From the IMG/VR virus record IMGVR_UViG_3300047159_000064: a DNA stretch of 64,000 nt. One strand, written 5' to 3'. Of this stretch, positions 19,654 through 30,070 are shown one piece after another (the stretch's first letter is position 1; every line of letters starts with the position of its first letter). The notes beneath the pieces were generated by a model. It worked only from the letters and a program-made list of their open reading frames with translations, was not told where the DNA came from and searched no databases. This stretch comes from a virus. Lineage: Duplodnaviria; Heunggongvirae; Uroviricota; Caudoviricetes. The translations under genes and the position numbers were made by a program.

Positions 19654-20706
19654 CTATTTAAGTTTGTCGTCGTCTGTCGCGGCTTCTTCGTCATCGGCCT
19701 GCGGCTCGACGAACTTATGATAGCATGCGTCGCAGCATACCCCTGAATCTGAAGGCATATACGGCGCAGGATCATGCCCTTCGCCTAAGAAATCCTCGCC
19801 GCAGATGCAGCAGGTGTTTTTCTCGGCGCTTTTGTCTTCTGTCAGCTTCTCTCCGTATACGTTGACCGACTCGAAATCCTGGTTGAACGCGTCATCGACG
19901 CTTTCGTTTAGGCCAGGTCCGGTCACGGCAGTTATTCTGTCGTCGTATTCTTTTTCGAAGGTGGCGTGCGAAACGCTGTCTACGTCTCCAGGGAACTTTT
20001 TGCGCGTTTCTTCGTGCTTTATGTAAAGATCGTAGTCCATTACGCGAACGTGATTTTTGTCATAAAGCACGCCGGCGTCATAATAGTAGATAATGTCTTT
20101 AGTGGTCAGCTTATGAACGTCTTTGTTGTCTCCGAGGTGCTTCAGCGTGTAAACAGAACAGTTGTTGTTGCCTATCGAAATTAAGGCTCTGATTATGTCG
20201 GCTTTGTTCGCGCAGAAAAGATCTTGCGGTCTTATGTAGTATCTTCTTACTTCTCTTTTCGCTTCGGTCAGCTCATTGGCTGCGTCTTTTTTCAGCGCTT
20301 CGCCGATGCCGGAACCGGCGTCGCCGCTCGCGGCAGACTCTGCTCCTGATGCTCCGGCTGAGCTTGCGTCAGCGCTAGCCGCGGCCGTTGTTTCGGTTGC
20401 GGAAGCCGCTGTTGTTGCGGCTGTTCCTGTTGTTGCGGTCGTAGCAGCTTTCGCCGCATCCTCTGCTGCTTTTTGTGCTTTGGCTTCTTCTGTGCTAGGA
20501 TTTCCGAAGTCCGTGCCCATCATCTTGTTAAAATGCTTGATATTGAGCGCGACGTCGCCCGTAGTCACGGTCATCGAAGAGTACGGTTTTTTCTTTTTCG
20601 CCTCTTCTAGGGCGAGATCCTCGTTTTTCTTAGGCCCTATGTTAAAGGCGGCTTCTATTGCCCCAAGCCTTTTTTGGATGAATTCATTTGTTATTTTTGC
20701 TGCCAT
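19654..20706 (-). CDS. Hypothetical protein with an Ala/Thr linker and a C-terminal Cys cluster; putative head protein
   Basis: 350 aa; CCICG...CCDACY; several LxE(A/S) motifs; late motif upstream. Confidence 0.65.
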   Translation of the reverse strand: MAAKITNEFIQKRLGAIEAAFNIGPKKNEDLALEEAKKKKPYSSMTVTTGDVALNIKHFNKMMGTDFGNPSTEEAKAQKAAEDAAKAATTATTGTAATTAASATETTAAASADASSAGASGAESAASGDAGSGIGEALKKDAANELTEAKREVRRYYIRPQDLFCANKADIIRALISIGNNNCSVYTLKHLGDNKDVHKLTTKDIIYYYDAGVLYDKNHVRVMDYDLYIKHEETRKKFPGDVDSVSHATFEKEYDDRITAVTGPGLNESVDDAFNQDFESVNVYGEKLTEDKSAEKNTCCICGEDFLGEGHDPAPYMPSDSGVCCDACYHKFVEPQADDEEAATDDDKLK

Positions 20707-20801
20707 TTGGATCTCCCTTGTTTATGAAAGCGCTTTTAATTGCTGTATAAGACGGAAGCGGCACCAGTGAAAGGATAAGACCGAATATCGCTTCCGTCAA
20801 A

Positions 20802-20810
20802 TAATTTAGC
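20802..20810 (-). promoter_or_regulatory. Candidate late promoter GCTAAATTA
   Basis: Exact copy, just past a terminator and upstream of 20706. Confidence 0.65.
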
Positions 20811-20815
20811 AAATT

Positions 20816-20845
20816 AAAAGACGGATAACAGAATTATCCGTCTTT
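20816..20845 (-). terminator. Intrinsic terminator
   Basis: aaagacggataa-cagaa-ttatccgtcttt hairpin. Confidence 0.7.
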
Positions 20846-20870
20846 ATGACAGCTTCAGGCTATATTCTGA

Positions 20871-21767
20871 CTAGTCTGCTTTTTGCGGCGTGTTGTCAGG
20901 GTATAAATCCGCGTCTGTCAATGGGGCGGCATCTGACGCTGGGTTGTCGAAATCCAAATTAAAAGCGTTGTCATTGGCCGCGCTGCCAGTCGTATCGCTT
21001 TGTTGCTTGTTTTCTGCCCAGGGTTTACTATCTATAACTTCTTGATTGGCTGTATTTCTTAGAACATAGCCGGCTATCTCTATATAGTAATTGTCTAAGT
21101 TGAGGTCTTTTATGGCAGCCAACAGGCTGTCTATGCTGTCGTAATCCTCATCGAAGTTGCCTTGGTCTTGTCCGGATTCATAGTTGTATAAAGAGAACAG
21201 CCTATAGGTTTTTTTGCCGGTTTTTTCATCTGTATCGCTGTTGGCAAGGTATAAAGTAGAGACATAAGGGTCTTTATATTCGTCGCAGCCTCTGCCCTCG
21301 TAGCAATCGCCTATTTCAAGGCTGTCGTCTCTGCCAAAATTATTGCTGTCTAGCAAATCTTTGAATTCCGTTTTTGTCAGCTTTAGCGTGTCATAAGCAT
21401 TAGGTTGCTTAAATTCTTCTTTTAAAGCGGCTTTAGCTTTATCGCCGCTGCCTGTTGTTGTGGCTTGCTGCGGTTGTTTTGCGGCATTTTGCACGCTTTC
21501 AGTCACTGCCTTGGTTTCATCTGCGGCTTTGAGATCAGGCATCTCGATGTAGTCCTTGTTCTGCATGTGAAGCTCTAGTTGGCCGATGCAAACCAAATAG
21601 GCGTCGACGAGCGGCTGCAGTATCTCTTCAACTTTTTTCGTGCCGCTGAAGGTGTCTTTTATCGAATTGATAGTCTCTTTCAGCTGACCTACCTGGTCCC
21701 AGCCGCGCGATACGAAGTCCGTAAGGAACGATATCGGAAGCTGTTCTTTTGATTCTTTAAGATCCAT
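20871..21767 (-). CDS. Hypothetical protein
   Basis: 298 aa ORF with SD AGGAG. Confidence 0.65.
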   Translation of the reverse strand: MDLKESKEQLPISFLTDFVSRGWDQVGQLKETINSIKDTFSGTKKVEEILQPLVDAYLVCIGQLELHMQNKDYIEMPDLKAADETKAVTESVQNAAKQPQQATTTGSGDKAKAALKEEFKQPNAYDTLKLTKTEFKDLLDSNNFGRDDSLEIGDCYEGRGCDEYKDPYVSTLYLANSDTDEKTGKKTYRLFSLYNYESGQDQGNFDEDYDSIDSLLAAIKDLNLDNYYIEIAGYVLRNTANQEVIDSKPWAENKQQSDTTGSAANDNAFNLDFDNPASDAAPLTDADLYPDNTPQKAD

Positions 21768-21817
21768 AAATTTTAAGTTCTCCTTTTGTTTATTTTAAAC
21801 TTAATATTTAACAAATT

Positions 21818-21826
21818 ATTATACGA
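21818..21826 (-). promoter_or_regulatory. Candidate early/middle promoter TCGTATAAT
   Basis: Intergenic, upstream of 21767. Confidence 0.55.
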
Positions 21827-21832
21827 TTTAAG

Positions 21833-23887
21833 CTAGTTTTCCAGCTTGAACTGCAGCGTGCCGCGGCGACCTCTGAGCTTTTCCGGCATGGCGTTCGATC
21901 TGGTGTTTCTCCATAGATACCATACGCAGCCGTCGAGCCATAGGCTTGGTCCTTTGCGCGCTTGGTCATCCATGTCAGAATCGGTTACTATGATCGCGTT
22001 TTTGGCTTTATGCGCCTTAAGGTTGCTCAGGATCTCGATCCATGCTGATGTTCCGCCTTGCGCTCTGGCTGACGCAGCGTCAGAGAACACGTTATTCGAG
22101 AAGTAGTAAATATCAAGCTTTATTTCGCCTTTTTCAGCGAAATCGTTAATTACGCTTATCGCCTGAATGCCTATCTTTATGTCGTCCGCCTCCCAAGAGC
22201 CGGATTGATCGAAATAGACCTCTATCGACGGTATGTCATTAGGCACATCATCGAGGATTATGCCTTTTTTTATGATGGATTTGTCATCTTCGTGGCGTCT
22301 GTCTATCGCCGACCAAGACGCATCTTCGTCCTCTGCACTGTCTACCTGATCTTTTATGGCACGGTAGAAATTAAGCTTGAATGACGTTAGATTTTTAAGC
22401 CCTGCGGCAGAAGTTGAATATTTTTGCCGCTCGAGCTCTCTGGCCTTAGCGTGCATTATGTCGTCTTTCATGTTGAGATTATCTTCGGTGTCGAGCTCGC
22501 GGTTTATGACGGCGTTCGACGCTTCGTCTTTTATCTCTTGTATGCGCGCTTCTATATCCGTGCTATAGCTCGGTTTTTTGACTTTATCTATCTCATCGAA
22601 TACCTTGTTTATCGTATCGTTGAATTCGTCGTCAGACATGTCTTCTAGCGCTTTAAGCGCCTCTGTCAGCCTTCGATCTAGGCTCTCATTGGCGCCTGCT
22701 GTTCTGCCATCTGATCCGTCTTTTGTGTATTTTGAGACGTCGATGCCTTTTTCTCTTAATATGTCTAGCAGGGCGTCTTTCGCGCCGCGTTTGGCATCGC
22801 CTTTAAGCTTAGATAGCACTCTGATCACTGCGTCCCATTCAGCCTCTGTCTGCAACGATCCGTCATTCAGTTTTTGAGCGACGTCTGGCGGAAGCTGCTG
22901 ACCTACTTGGCGCGAGAAAGGATTGACGAGCACTTTGCCGTCTTTTATGGCTTACCAGGGCTGAATTGATCATCAGGTCTTCTGAATCATCATCGTCATC
23001 GTCTTCTTCTTGTCAGAATCGGTCATCGCCAGATTCTGCTGCTTTTGATTTGTCTTCAGAATCGTCTTCTTGATCGTCTTCAGAGTCTTCAGAATCGATT
23101 CTCCGTTTTTGCCTTTTGCTTTTGCCTGCTTGCCGTCTCCGTTTTCGCCGTCGTCTTCTGTCTCATCTGAGCCGGAATCTGAATCATCCGGCTGTTTATC
23201 TTGTCGAATCGTCGGTGAATGCTTTCGTCTTCAGATTCATCGTCGTCTTTTTCTCCGCCGTCTTTGTTTTGGCATCGCCTTCGTCAGCTGGCCGTCTTCG
23301 CCCTTTTTGTCATCCTCAGAAGATCTTCTGAAGGCGAATCTTCGGCGTTTTGGCTGTATCGTCTTCGCTTTAGGCTTGTCGTCGTCCGTGTGCTGTTCGC
23401 CGCTGGCCTCATTGTCGCCGGCTGAATCGTCTTGCCAGTCAGGATCGGCTATTTTGCCGTCGTCTTTTCCATTTTTTGGGTCGCTGCCATTTTCTCCGGC
23501 TTCGTTTCCGGCTTTGTCGCTGGGGCCATTGCCTTCGCCTTCGCTGCTGTCGGCGTCGGCGTTTCCTTTTTCGTCTTCTTTAGGCGTTTCGCCGTTTGCG
23601 TCGTCTTTAGTAGCATCAGGCTGTCCTGCTCCGACGTCTGTTCCGCTGTTAAGCAAAGCGTTAAGATCAGCTATTTTCTCTTGCAGTATCGCTGCTTCTT
23701 TGGCGTCTCCGGCGGCTTGCGCGGCTGAAAGAGCGGCGTTTGCCGCTTCAAGCACGCGGTGCACCGTCGTGCGTCTTATTGTCAGCGTTTCTTTGCTTAT
23801 CTTGCTCTTTTTTCCGTAGATCTCGTCGTCGTAGCTTTTGTTGACGTCATAGGCGCCTTCTGTTATGGTTTTATCGCTGTCGTTCAT
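21833..23887 (-). CDS. VWA (MIDAS) domain protein with a long acidic linker; several apparent indels between ~22950 and ~23400
   Basis: YFDQSGSW, GGTS, IIVTDSD in the C-terminal part; the D/E/S-rich reading switches frame repeatedly in the linker. Confidence 0.65.
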
Positions 23888-23901
23888 TTGGCTGTCTCCT
23901 A

Positions 23902-25020
23902 TTAGTCCTTGATGACGTTATTGAGCAGATATATTGCCGCGTCTGTAGGATTTATGCCTGTGTCTTGCTCGAGATCGTTTGTCATCATGTCTTTGACTTT
24001 TTCGTACCATTCATGATATTCGGTGCGATATTTCTTCAGCACCTCTTCGGCGACGTATTTCTCTTCCGGCGTGTACAGCGTTATGCTGTTGCCTCCGCTG
24101 AAGATGGTTATCTGTTTGTTTATGGCAGTCGCCGCTATCTGCTTGAGCAGATCGTCTACTGCGGCGTCCGATACGCCTTCGGCTGTCGCCGAATCGAAAA
24201 GATTTTTGGCGAGGGCTCTGAAATCTTCGTTCCACTGCTTCATTCCAACTGGCGTCATGACTTTGCATCCGCCGTCTATGAAATCTTTGAGCGGCCCTTT
24301 TATTATGGATTTGGCGTTGATGTCCTGATACGCGTTATACGCAGAAATAACGGAGAGCGTTATTTGATCTTTGGTCGGATCTGCCGTGTGCAGCGGCACC
24401 TTTATTTTGCCGTTGCTGTTTATGGCGGCGGTTATGTTGGCTATCTCTTCTTCAAGTTTGTCGCACATTTCCTCAAGCGTCAGATTCTGTCATTCAGGTC
24501 GATGGTCTTCGGTGACCAATCCGCTTATTATCTTGCCGTTGAGCCAGATGTTGCGCACGGTCTCTTTGTCTTCGTCTGTGTAGCGCTTGTTGGATATCTC
24601 GTCGTCTTCAAGTATGTTAAGCAGATCGTGGATTGTCGCGCTTTTTGCTATTTTGTCGTAATTAGGTATCTTGCGCATCAGCCTTATCTGGTGCATGAGC
24701 AGGTTATGCGAAAGCTCATGCCTGAGAATGACGTTGAGCTGGCTGAATACCGACGGATCGGCCAAAAGGCCTTCTCCAATGAAGATTACTCCGTCGTCGA
24801 AGGAAATAGCCGCCGTGAATCTAGGGTCTGCGGCCAATGGCACTATATTGACGTCGAATTTCTCCAAACGCGCGGCGTATTTGGCGTGATGATGACCTTT
24901 TCCGTCGTCGCGCAAAAGGCGAATAAGCGCCTTTTTAAGCGCTTTTTCGCGGTCGGTCATGAAAGCCCTAGCTTTGGCTTCGGTCAATAAGATGTTGTCG
25001 TCGCTTTCTTGCATGCTCAT
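23902..25020 (-). CDS. HExxH putative metallopeptidase-domain protein; TGA at 24492-24490 read as Trp
   Basis: LRHELSHNLLMH, NILEDDEISN; joined as EDHRPE*QNLTLEEMCDKL. Confidence 0.7.
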
Positions 25021-25038
25021 TTTTGCGCGCTCGCGGTT

Positions 25039-26463
25039 TTAAAACGTCGGCCAATTGGCCATCGCGCCTTTTATGTTGCCTACTGCAACGGCAGGCGATA
25101 CCGTTCTGGCGGATCCTGTAGCCGCAGGCTGAGAGAAGAACGAGCCGTCGTCTTCTATATCAGCTTCTTTTGCTTCTGGCTCCGCAGGCTTTTCAGGCTC
25201 TACGGCCACCGTTGTTTTTCCGGCGTCTAAGTTGATGCCTTTAGCCTTGCACAGGTCTTCGAACGACGGCACTACGTAGTCCGCCAGTATGTGATGCAGA
25301 AGCTCTTTGTCTTTCTCTAGGAATTCTGAGTAGTCGTCTACCCACTTCTCGAATTTGTCTTTGTCGCCTTCGGCGAGATTGAGGCCGTCGGTCAGCGATC
25401 TCTGATTGAACATCGTCGCTTGCTGATCTGCCAGATCCTCCAAATCGTCTTTGGTGTCGAATCCTGGCGTGAACTCTTTGTGCGAGCAGATGAATGTTCC
25501 GAGGTCTTGCACGCGCAGGTATTGCTCCAGGTCGTCTTTGTAGAATTCGTCTTTTGGATTCAGCTTGTTTATCTTGAAATCGTAGTTTTTCTTGAAGTAG
25601 TCCAGCGCCGTCAAAGGATTGGAATCGAATTCCAGCTTGAGCGGGAAACGAGACAGCTCGGCGTCGTTAAGCGGAGCCGCGCCTTTGTCGGTAGGAACTG
25701 CCGGGTTGATGCAGGCTATGGTGAAAAGCAGGTTTTTGAACACGTGCGTTCCCTTCGGCGTGTCGTCTCCGGCGATAGTATGCTCGTTGATTAAAGTATA
25801 AAGCGAAGCTCTGATCTGCGGCTTTACCTGGCGGTTGTATTCGTCCAAGAACAGAATCGAATTAGGTTTTTCCAAGCCGTTGAGGTTGGTGGAAAACGCG
25901 TTGGTGACCCTGTTCGGATTGTCCGCCGAGCGCACTGTATAGCCGTTTATGTAGGCGTCAAGATCGTTGTTCTTGGCATTGATGTATACGATGTTTACCT
26001 TCGGCGAAGCCTTGGCCGCTCAGTCGTATACGGAAGCGGTTTTTCCAGAGCCAGGGAGCCCTGTTACCAGGACGTTCTGGTTCAGCGATGCGTTCTGCCT
26101 TTTCGCCCTTAAAGCGCTGCGAAGCGCCAAATCGAGCGTGCGGGTTAGCTCGTTGTCCGTGCCGATGCTAGAATCTTCGTCTTTTGTCACGACCGCGACA
26201 GTTCCGGCGTTAAGCTCGCTCGCTGCCGCCTTGACCTCTGCGGCCATCGTCTGCGCCGCGGCAGGCGTCACGGTCTTCTCGCCTTCTGACGCGCCTTCGA
26301 CGTGGTCCGTCAGGTCTTTGGCTATCTCAGCCGTGCTTTGGTCGGTGCTTATAGGCGCCGTCGCCTCGGCCTTAGATAGCTCAGGCTCTTTCTTTTCTTC
26401 GGGCTTTACCTCTTCTTCGGCTTCTGTCAGCTTGTCGTCTGCGACTTTTTTGTTTAGTTTCAT
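25039..26463 (-). CDS. AAA+ ATPase (MoxR/dynein-like); TGA at 26022-26020 read as Trp
   Basis: Walker A GLPGSGKT, Walker B ILFLDEYNR, ACINP, LSRF; joined as SVYD*AAK. Confidence 0.85.
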
Positions 26464-26482
26464 AATGGTTATCTCCTTGCTG

Positions 26483-27601
26483 TTATTCGCGGTCGAATGC
26501 TTCAGAATAGACATCGATGTCCATTATGTTGTATTTGCCAGGCAGCTTCTCCTTGCTTTTTATAATCTCGGCTTCGGCGTCTGCTTCTTTTTTAGCGTCT
26601 TCGGTCAGCGTGGCCTCATCGCCTTCGTCTACGCCTTCGTTGAGCTTGACGGCATTGATGTAGCATTCGCCGCAGTCTGTGCCCATTTTGTAGTAGCCGT
26701 TCTGATTAAGCCTTGCGGTTCTGACTCTCAGGCCCGCGTATTTCTGGCTGCTGTAGGTCACCGTGCCATCCGTCGGATCCGTCTGCTGCGTCAGATTGTG
26801 CAATTTGACGTAATTCTGCATGAATGCGTCGGCGTCTGGCAACCGTATTGAAGCACGCCGCGCAATCGGTATATCCTTTGGCGCTGCCTTCGAGCACTTT
26901 GTTGCTCGCCGGCGTTACGCTTCCGTCGGCTCCTTTAGAGCCCAAAGGATCTATGAACAAACAAGGCACATTGGCGCCTTTTTTGTCGAATTCCAGAGTG
27001 AATATCTTTCCGCTGTCGCCTGTCGGATGCTCTTTCTGCCCCGGCGTGCCGATCAAAGCGCGCGCCTTGCTGCTTTGCGGGCCTTGAGATTTATAATCGT
27101 TCTTAGGCTGGCCGCTTGTCGCCTGCGTTTGGCTTTGATTGGCGCCTTGAGACATTCTGCGAAAGGAAGCAATCGAAATCCCACAGCGCTCCGCCGAACA
27201 CGCTAGCCCTGTACTGGTCCATCTCATTCGTTGTTCTGTTTGTGTTGACGTCGTCCCAGTAAATGCCGCAGCTCTTGCAGAATGACGCGATGTATTTTGC
27301 GAGCATCGGTGCTGGCTTTTTTATGTATTTGCCTGTGGTCTGCGCCTTGTGCTTTCACCCAGAACCAGCCTGATCGAAGACAAGGTACTCTGAGCGCGTT
27401 GTCGACATTAAAAAAATCGAATGATCTGAACTTTATCTCATCGCAGACCACTTTGGCGTCTGACGCCGTTCTTTCTGCTATGTAGTTTGATACGCTGTCT
27501 GCTCTTTTGCTGTCGGCCTTATCCAAAATGCCGCCGGCGATGAACAGATCGTTCAAAAAGCCCATAGCGGCTAATTTTTGATCTTCTGTTAGCTTTGCCA
27601 T
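26483..27601 (-). CDS. Hypothetical protein broken by several apparent indels
   Basis: Four overlapping track ORFs hand protein-like sequence from frame to frame; late motif upstream. Confidence 0.5.
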
Positions 27602-27644
27602 TGTGTTGAATTAATCTTCCTTTCGCTTGAAGTTTTCTATCATC

Positions 27645-27653
27645 TAATTTAGC
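27645..27653 (-). promoter_or_regulatory. Candidate late promoter GCTAAATTA
   Basis: Exact copy at the start of the structural/late block. Confidence 0.65.
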
Positions 27654-27706
27654 AATAGATATGACTAAATTAGTTTTAATTTGACTAAAAGTCTTAAAAT
27701 TAGTCT

Positions 27707-28330
27707 TTAGTCCATCGGCAATATGCCGGTGCACTTAGGATAATTGCGGCAGCCGTAGAACAGTTTGCCGAATCTGCTTCTGCGGACGACCATAGGCCCG
27801 CCGCATTTGGGGCATTTTTTGTCTGAATCAACGGAATCTTCAGCGCCAGACGGCGCTTTCGCCTCTTTGTTCGCCTTTATGGAGCCTTCCAGCCCATCGT
27901 AGAACTCTTTCAGGAACGCCAGCTCCGCCGATTTGCCGTTGGCTATCTTGTCTAGGTCGTCTTCCAGCTCTTTCGTGTAATCGTAGTTGATCAGCCCAGA
28001 AAACGCCCTGTCCAAAAACGCGGCGAGCTCCTTGCCCTTCTCCGTCGGGACTATGCACTTGTTCTCAAGGGTGCAATAGCCTCTCGTCGGGCTTAATACG
28101 GTATCGACGATCGTCGCATAGGTGGACGGACGGCCGATCTCTCTTCTCTGAAGCTCTTTTATCAGCGTCGATTCCTTGTATCTCGGCTTAGGCTGCGTGG
28201 CCTTCTCCGTCTCGCTCAGCGAGGCGTCTTTCAGCTTTTCGCCTACGGCGAAATCCACCGTCGTTCAATCGGCTAGCGATTCGCTTTGAGAATCCTGCTC
28301 TTCCGCAGGCTGAATGTCTTGTTCTTCCAT
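27707..28330 (-). CDS. topA: Type IA topoisomerase, C-terminal part with zinc ribbon; TGA at 28267-28265 read as Trp
   Basis: GIGRPSTYA-like EIGRPSTYATIV, CPKCGGPM...FYGCRNYPKC; ATG 28330 preceded by GAGG. Confidence 0.75.
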
Positions 28331-28342
28331 GTTTGTTTGCCT

Positions 28343-29618
28343 CTAATCCAATGTTCTGTATCCGGCCGATTTTAGCCGCTTGAACTCGGTCTCGAAGTTA
28401 TGGCCTTCGTTGGTTATCTTAAGGCTCTTGCATTCGAATATCGCTGGCGTCATCAGGCTTTGCATGCGTGGTCTTCCAGATCAAGGCGTATACCTTGACG
28501 AGGAGATCGTTCTGCTCTTGCCTTGCTAGCAGCTCAGGCGTGAGCTTCGGATCCGTGCAATGGATGGCCTCGTGGCCAGCCTGCTCGCCTTCTGCGTGCT
28601 TCGCGGCGCGTTTGCCGTAATACAAAGCCTCTCCGTACTTGTCGCAGATGAATCTTTTGGCGTCTTCGACGAACGAATCGTTGAGCTCCGTGGTATCTGT
28701 TCTGTGGTATGAGATAAGCCCTGCCTCGAACAGCTTCTGGGCGCATGACATCGCGTCTTTGACTTTCAGGCCGAGCTTGTTCGCGGCGTCTTGCTGGAAC
28801 GCCGCGGTGCAGAACGGCGGCTTCGGGTTCTCCGCTTTGTCGCGCTTGTCTATGGCGCCGACGACGAAATCGCCTTTCGCGCATTCGGCTTTGACGGCGT
28901 TTACCTCGTCGATAGTCTTGAGATGGTTTACAGGCGCTTCGTCGGTGCCGCAGTATTTCGCCTTGAATTCGACGCCGTCTTTGACGAAGCTGAGATACAA
29001 GTCGTAATAGCGCTCCGGCACGAAGCTGTCTATCTCTTTTTCGCGGTCGACGATGAACTTAAGGCCGATCGATTGGCATCTGCCGACGCTTTTGGCGCCG
29101 ACGCAGTCTCTGGCTATCGGGCTTAGCGCGAAGCCGATCATCTTGTCGACGACCTGCCTGGCCTCTGCGGCGTCGATTAGGTTGTCGTCGAGCTTCGTCG
29201 CATGGTCTATTGCGTATTCTATGGCGTCTTTCGTTATGCTCTGATAGGTTATTCTGTAATATTCCGAATCTTTTATCCGAAGGACCTGCTTGACGTGGTA
29301 TCCGATGCTTTCGCCTTCGCGGTCGCCGTCTGTCGCGATGAGGACCAAATCGGTCTTCGCCAGCAGCTCTTTAAGGTTGTCAACGACCTTCTGCTTGTCG
29401 TCGGCTATCGCGTAGGTGACCTGAAAGTCTTTGTCGGGGTAGATGCCGGTGTTTTTGTAGCTGCCTCTGACGTTCTTTATCTCGGTGAGATGCCCGACCG
29501 TCGCCGCCACCATGGCGTGCTTGTAGCCGAGCTCTTTCATTATCGCCGACACGTGCGAGCACTTGTTAGGGCTCTCGACGATCACCAGTATCTTTGCGTC
29601 TTTGTCTATTTTGCTCAT
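28343..29618 (-). CDS. topA: Type IA topoisomerase, N-terminal part (one apparent indel near 28470)
   Basis: IVESPNK, ATDGDREGE, SVGRCQS, catalytic ISYHRTD, QAGHEAIHCT; ends GYRTLD-TAG. Confidence 0.85.
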
Positions 29619-29673
29619 GTTTTTATCATTGTCCTCGTAATATAAAACGTCGTCATATTCGGCATGACGGCGT

Positions 29674-29835
29674 TTACTGCTTTCTCGATTCTTGCTTTTC
29701 GGCGCGCGACGGCATGCTTGTCTCCAATATCTGCCTTATCAAGGCCGATACGGTTATCTTCTTGTTGTACGCCTCGGTGCGCAAAGCCTCTTTCAGCTCG
29801 TCCGATATCTCAAGGCTTATGATTTTCTTGCTCAT
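29674..29835 (-). CDS. Ribbon-helix-helix (CopG/Arc-like) DNA-binding protein, 53 aa
   Basis: MSKKIISLEISDELKEALRTEAYNKKITVSALIRQILE; below the ORF-track cutoff. Confidence 0.7.
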   Translation of the reverse strand: MSKKIISLEISDELKEALRTEAYNKKITVSALIRQILETSMPSRAEKQESRKQ

Positions 29836-29845
29836 GCTTCGCTCC

Positions 29846-30070
29846 CTACTTGCTCTTCTGCTTGTATTCGTAGATTAGGCTGACGAGCGTGTTTCCTGAC
29901 GACAGAATGCGGTATGAGAAATCGCGCGTCGTGTTGTCTTTTGCCCAATAAAAGCCCAATATCTTCCTTGATGGGAAATCGAGCGCTTGCTGCTCTCCGT
30001 TGTCCGTCGTCTTGATGATGCCTAAGATCGTTTTGTCGAAGGCTCTGATGTACTCTTCAGTAGTTGCCAT
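29846..30070 (-). CDS. Hypothetical protein
   Basis: 74 aa, start overlaps the stop of the deformylase-like gene. Confidence 0.55.
   Translation of the reverse strand: MATTEEYIRAFDKTILGIIKTTDNGEQQALDFPSRKILGFYWAKDNTTRDFSYRILSSGNTLVSLIYEYKQKSK

Noticed and set aside
22950-23400. Multiple frame switches in the VWA gene linker, suggesting programmed frameshifting or phase variation
   Set aside because: Several indels within a low-complexity tract with no consistent slippery site; more simply explained as assembly error. Needs read check.
26800-27400. Three or more frameshifts in one gene, suggesting a pseudogene
   Set aside because: Each segment keeps normal coding character and the same pattern affects essential genes elsewhere, so not called a pseudogene.
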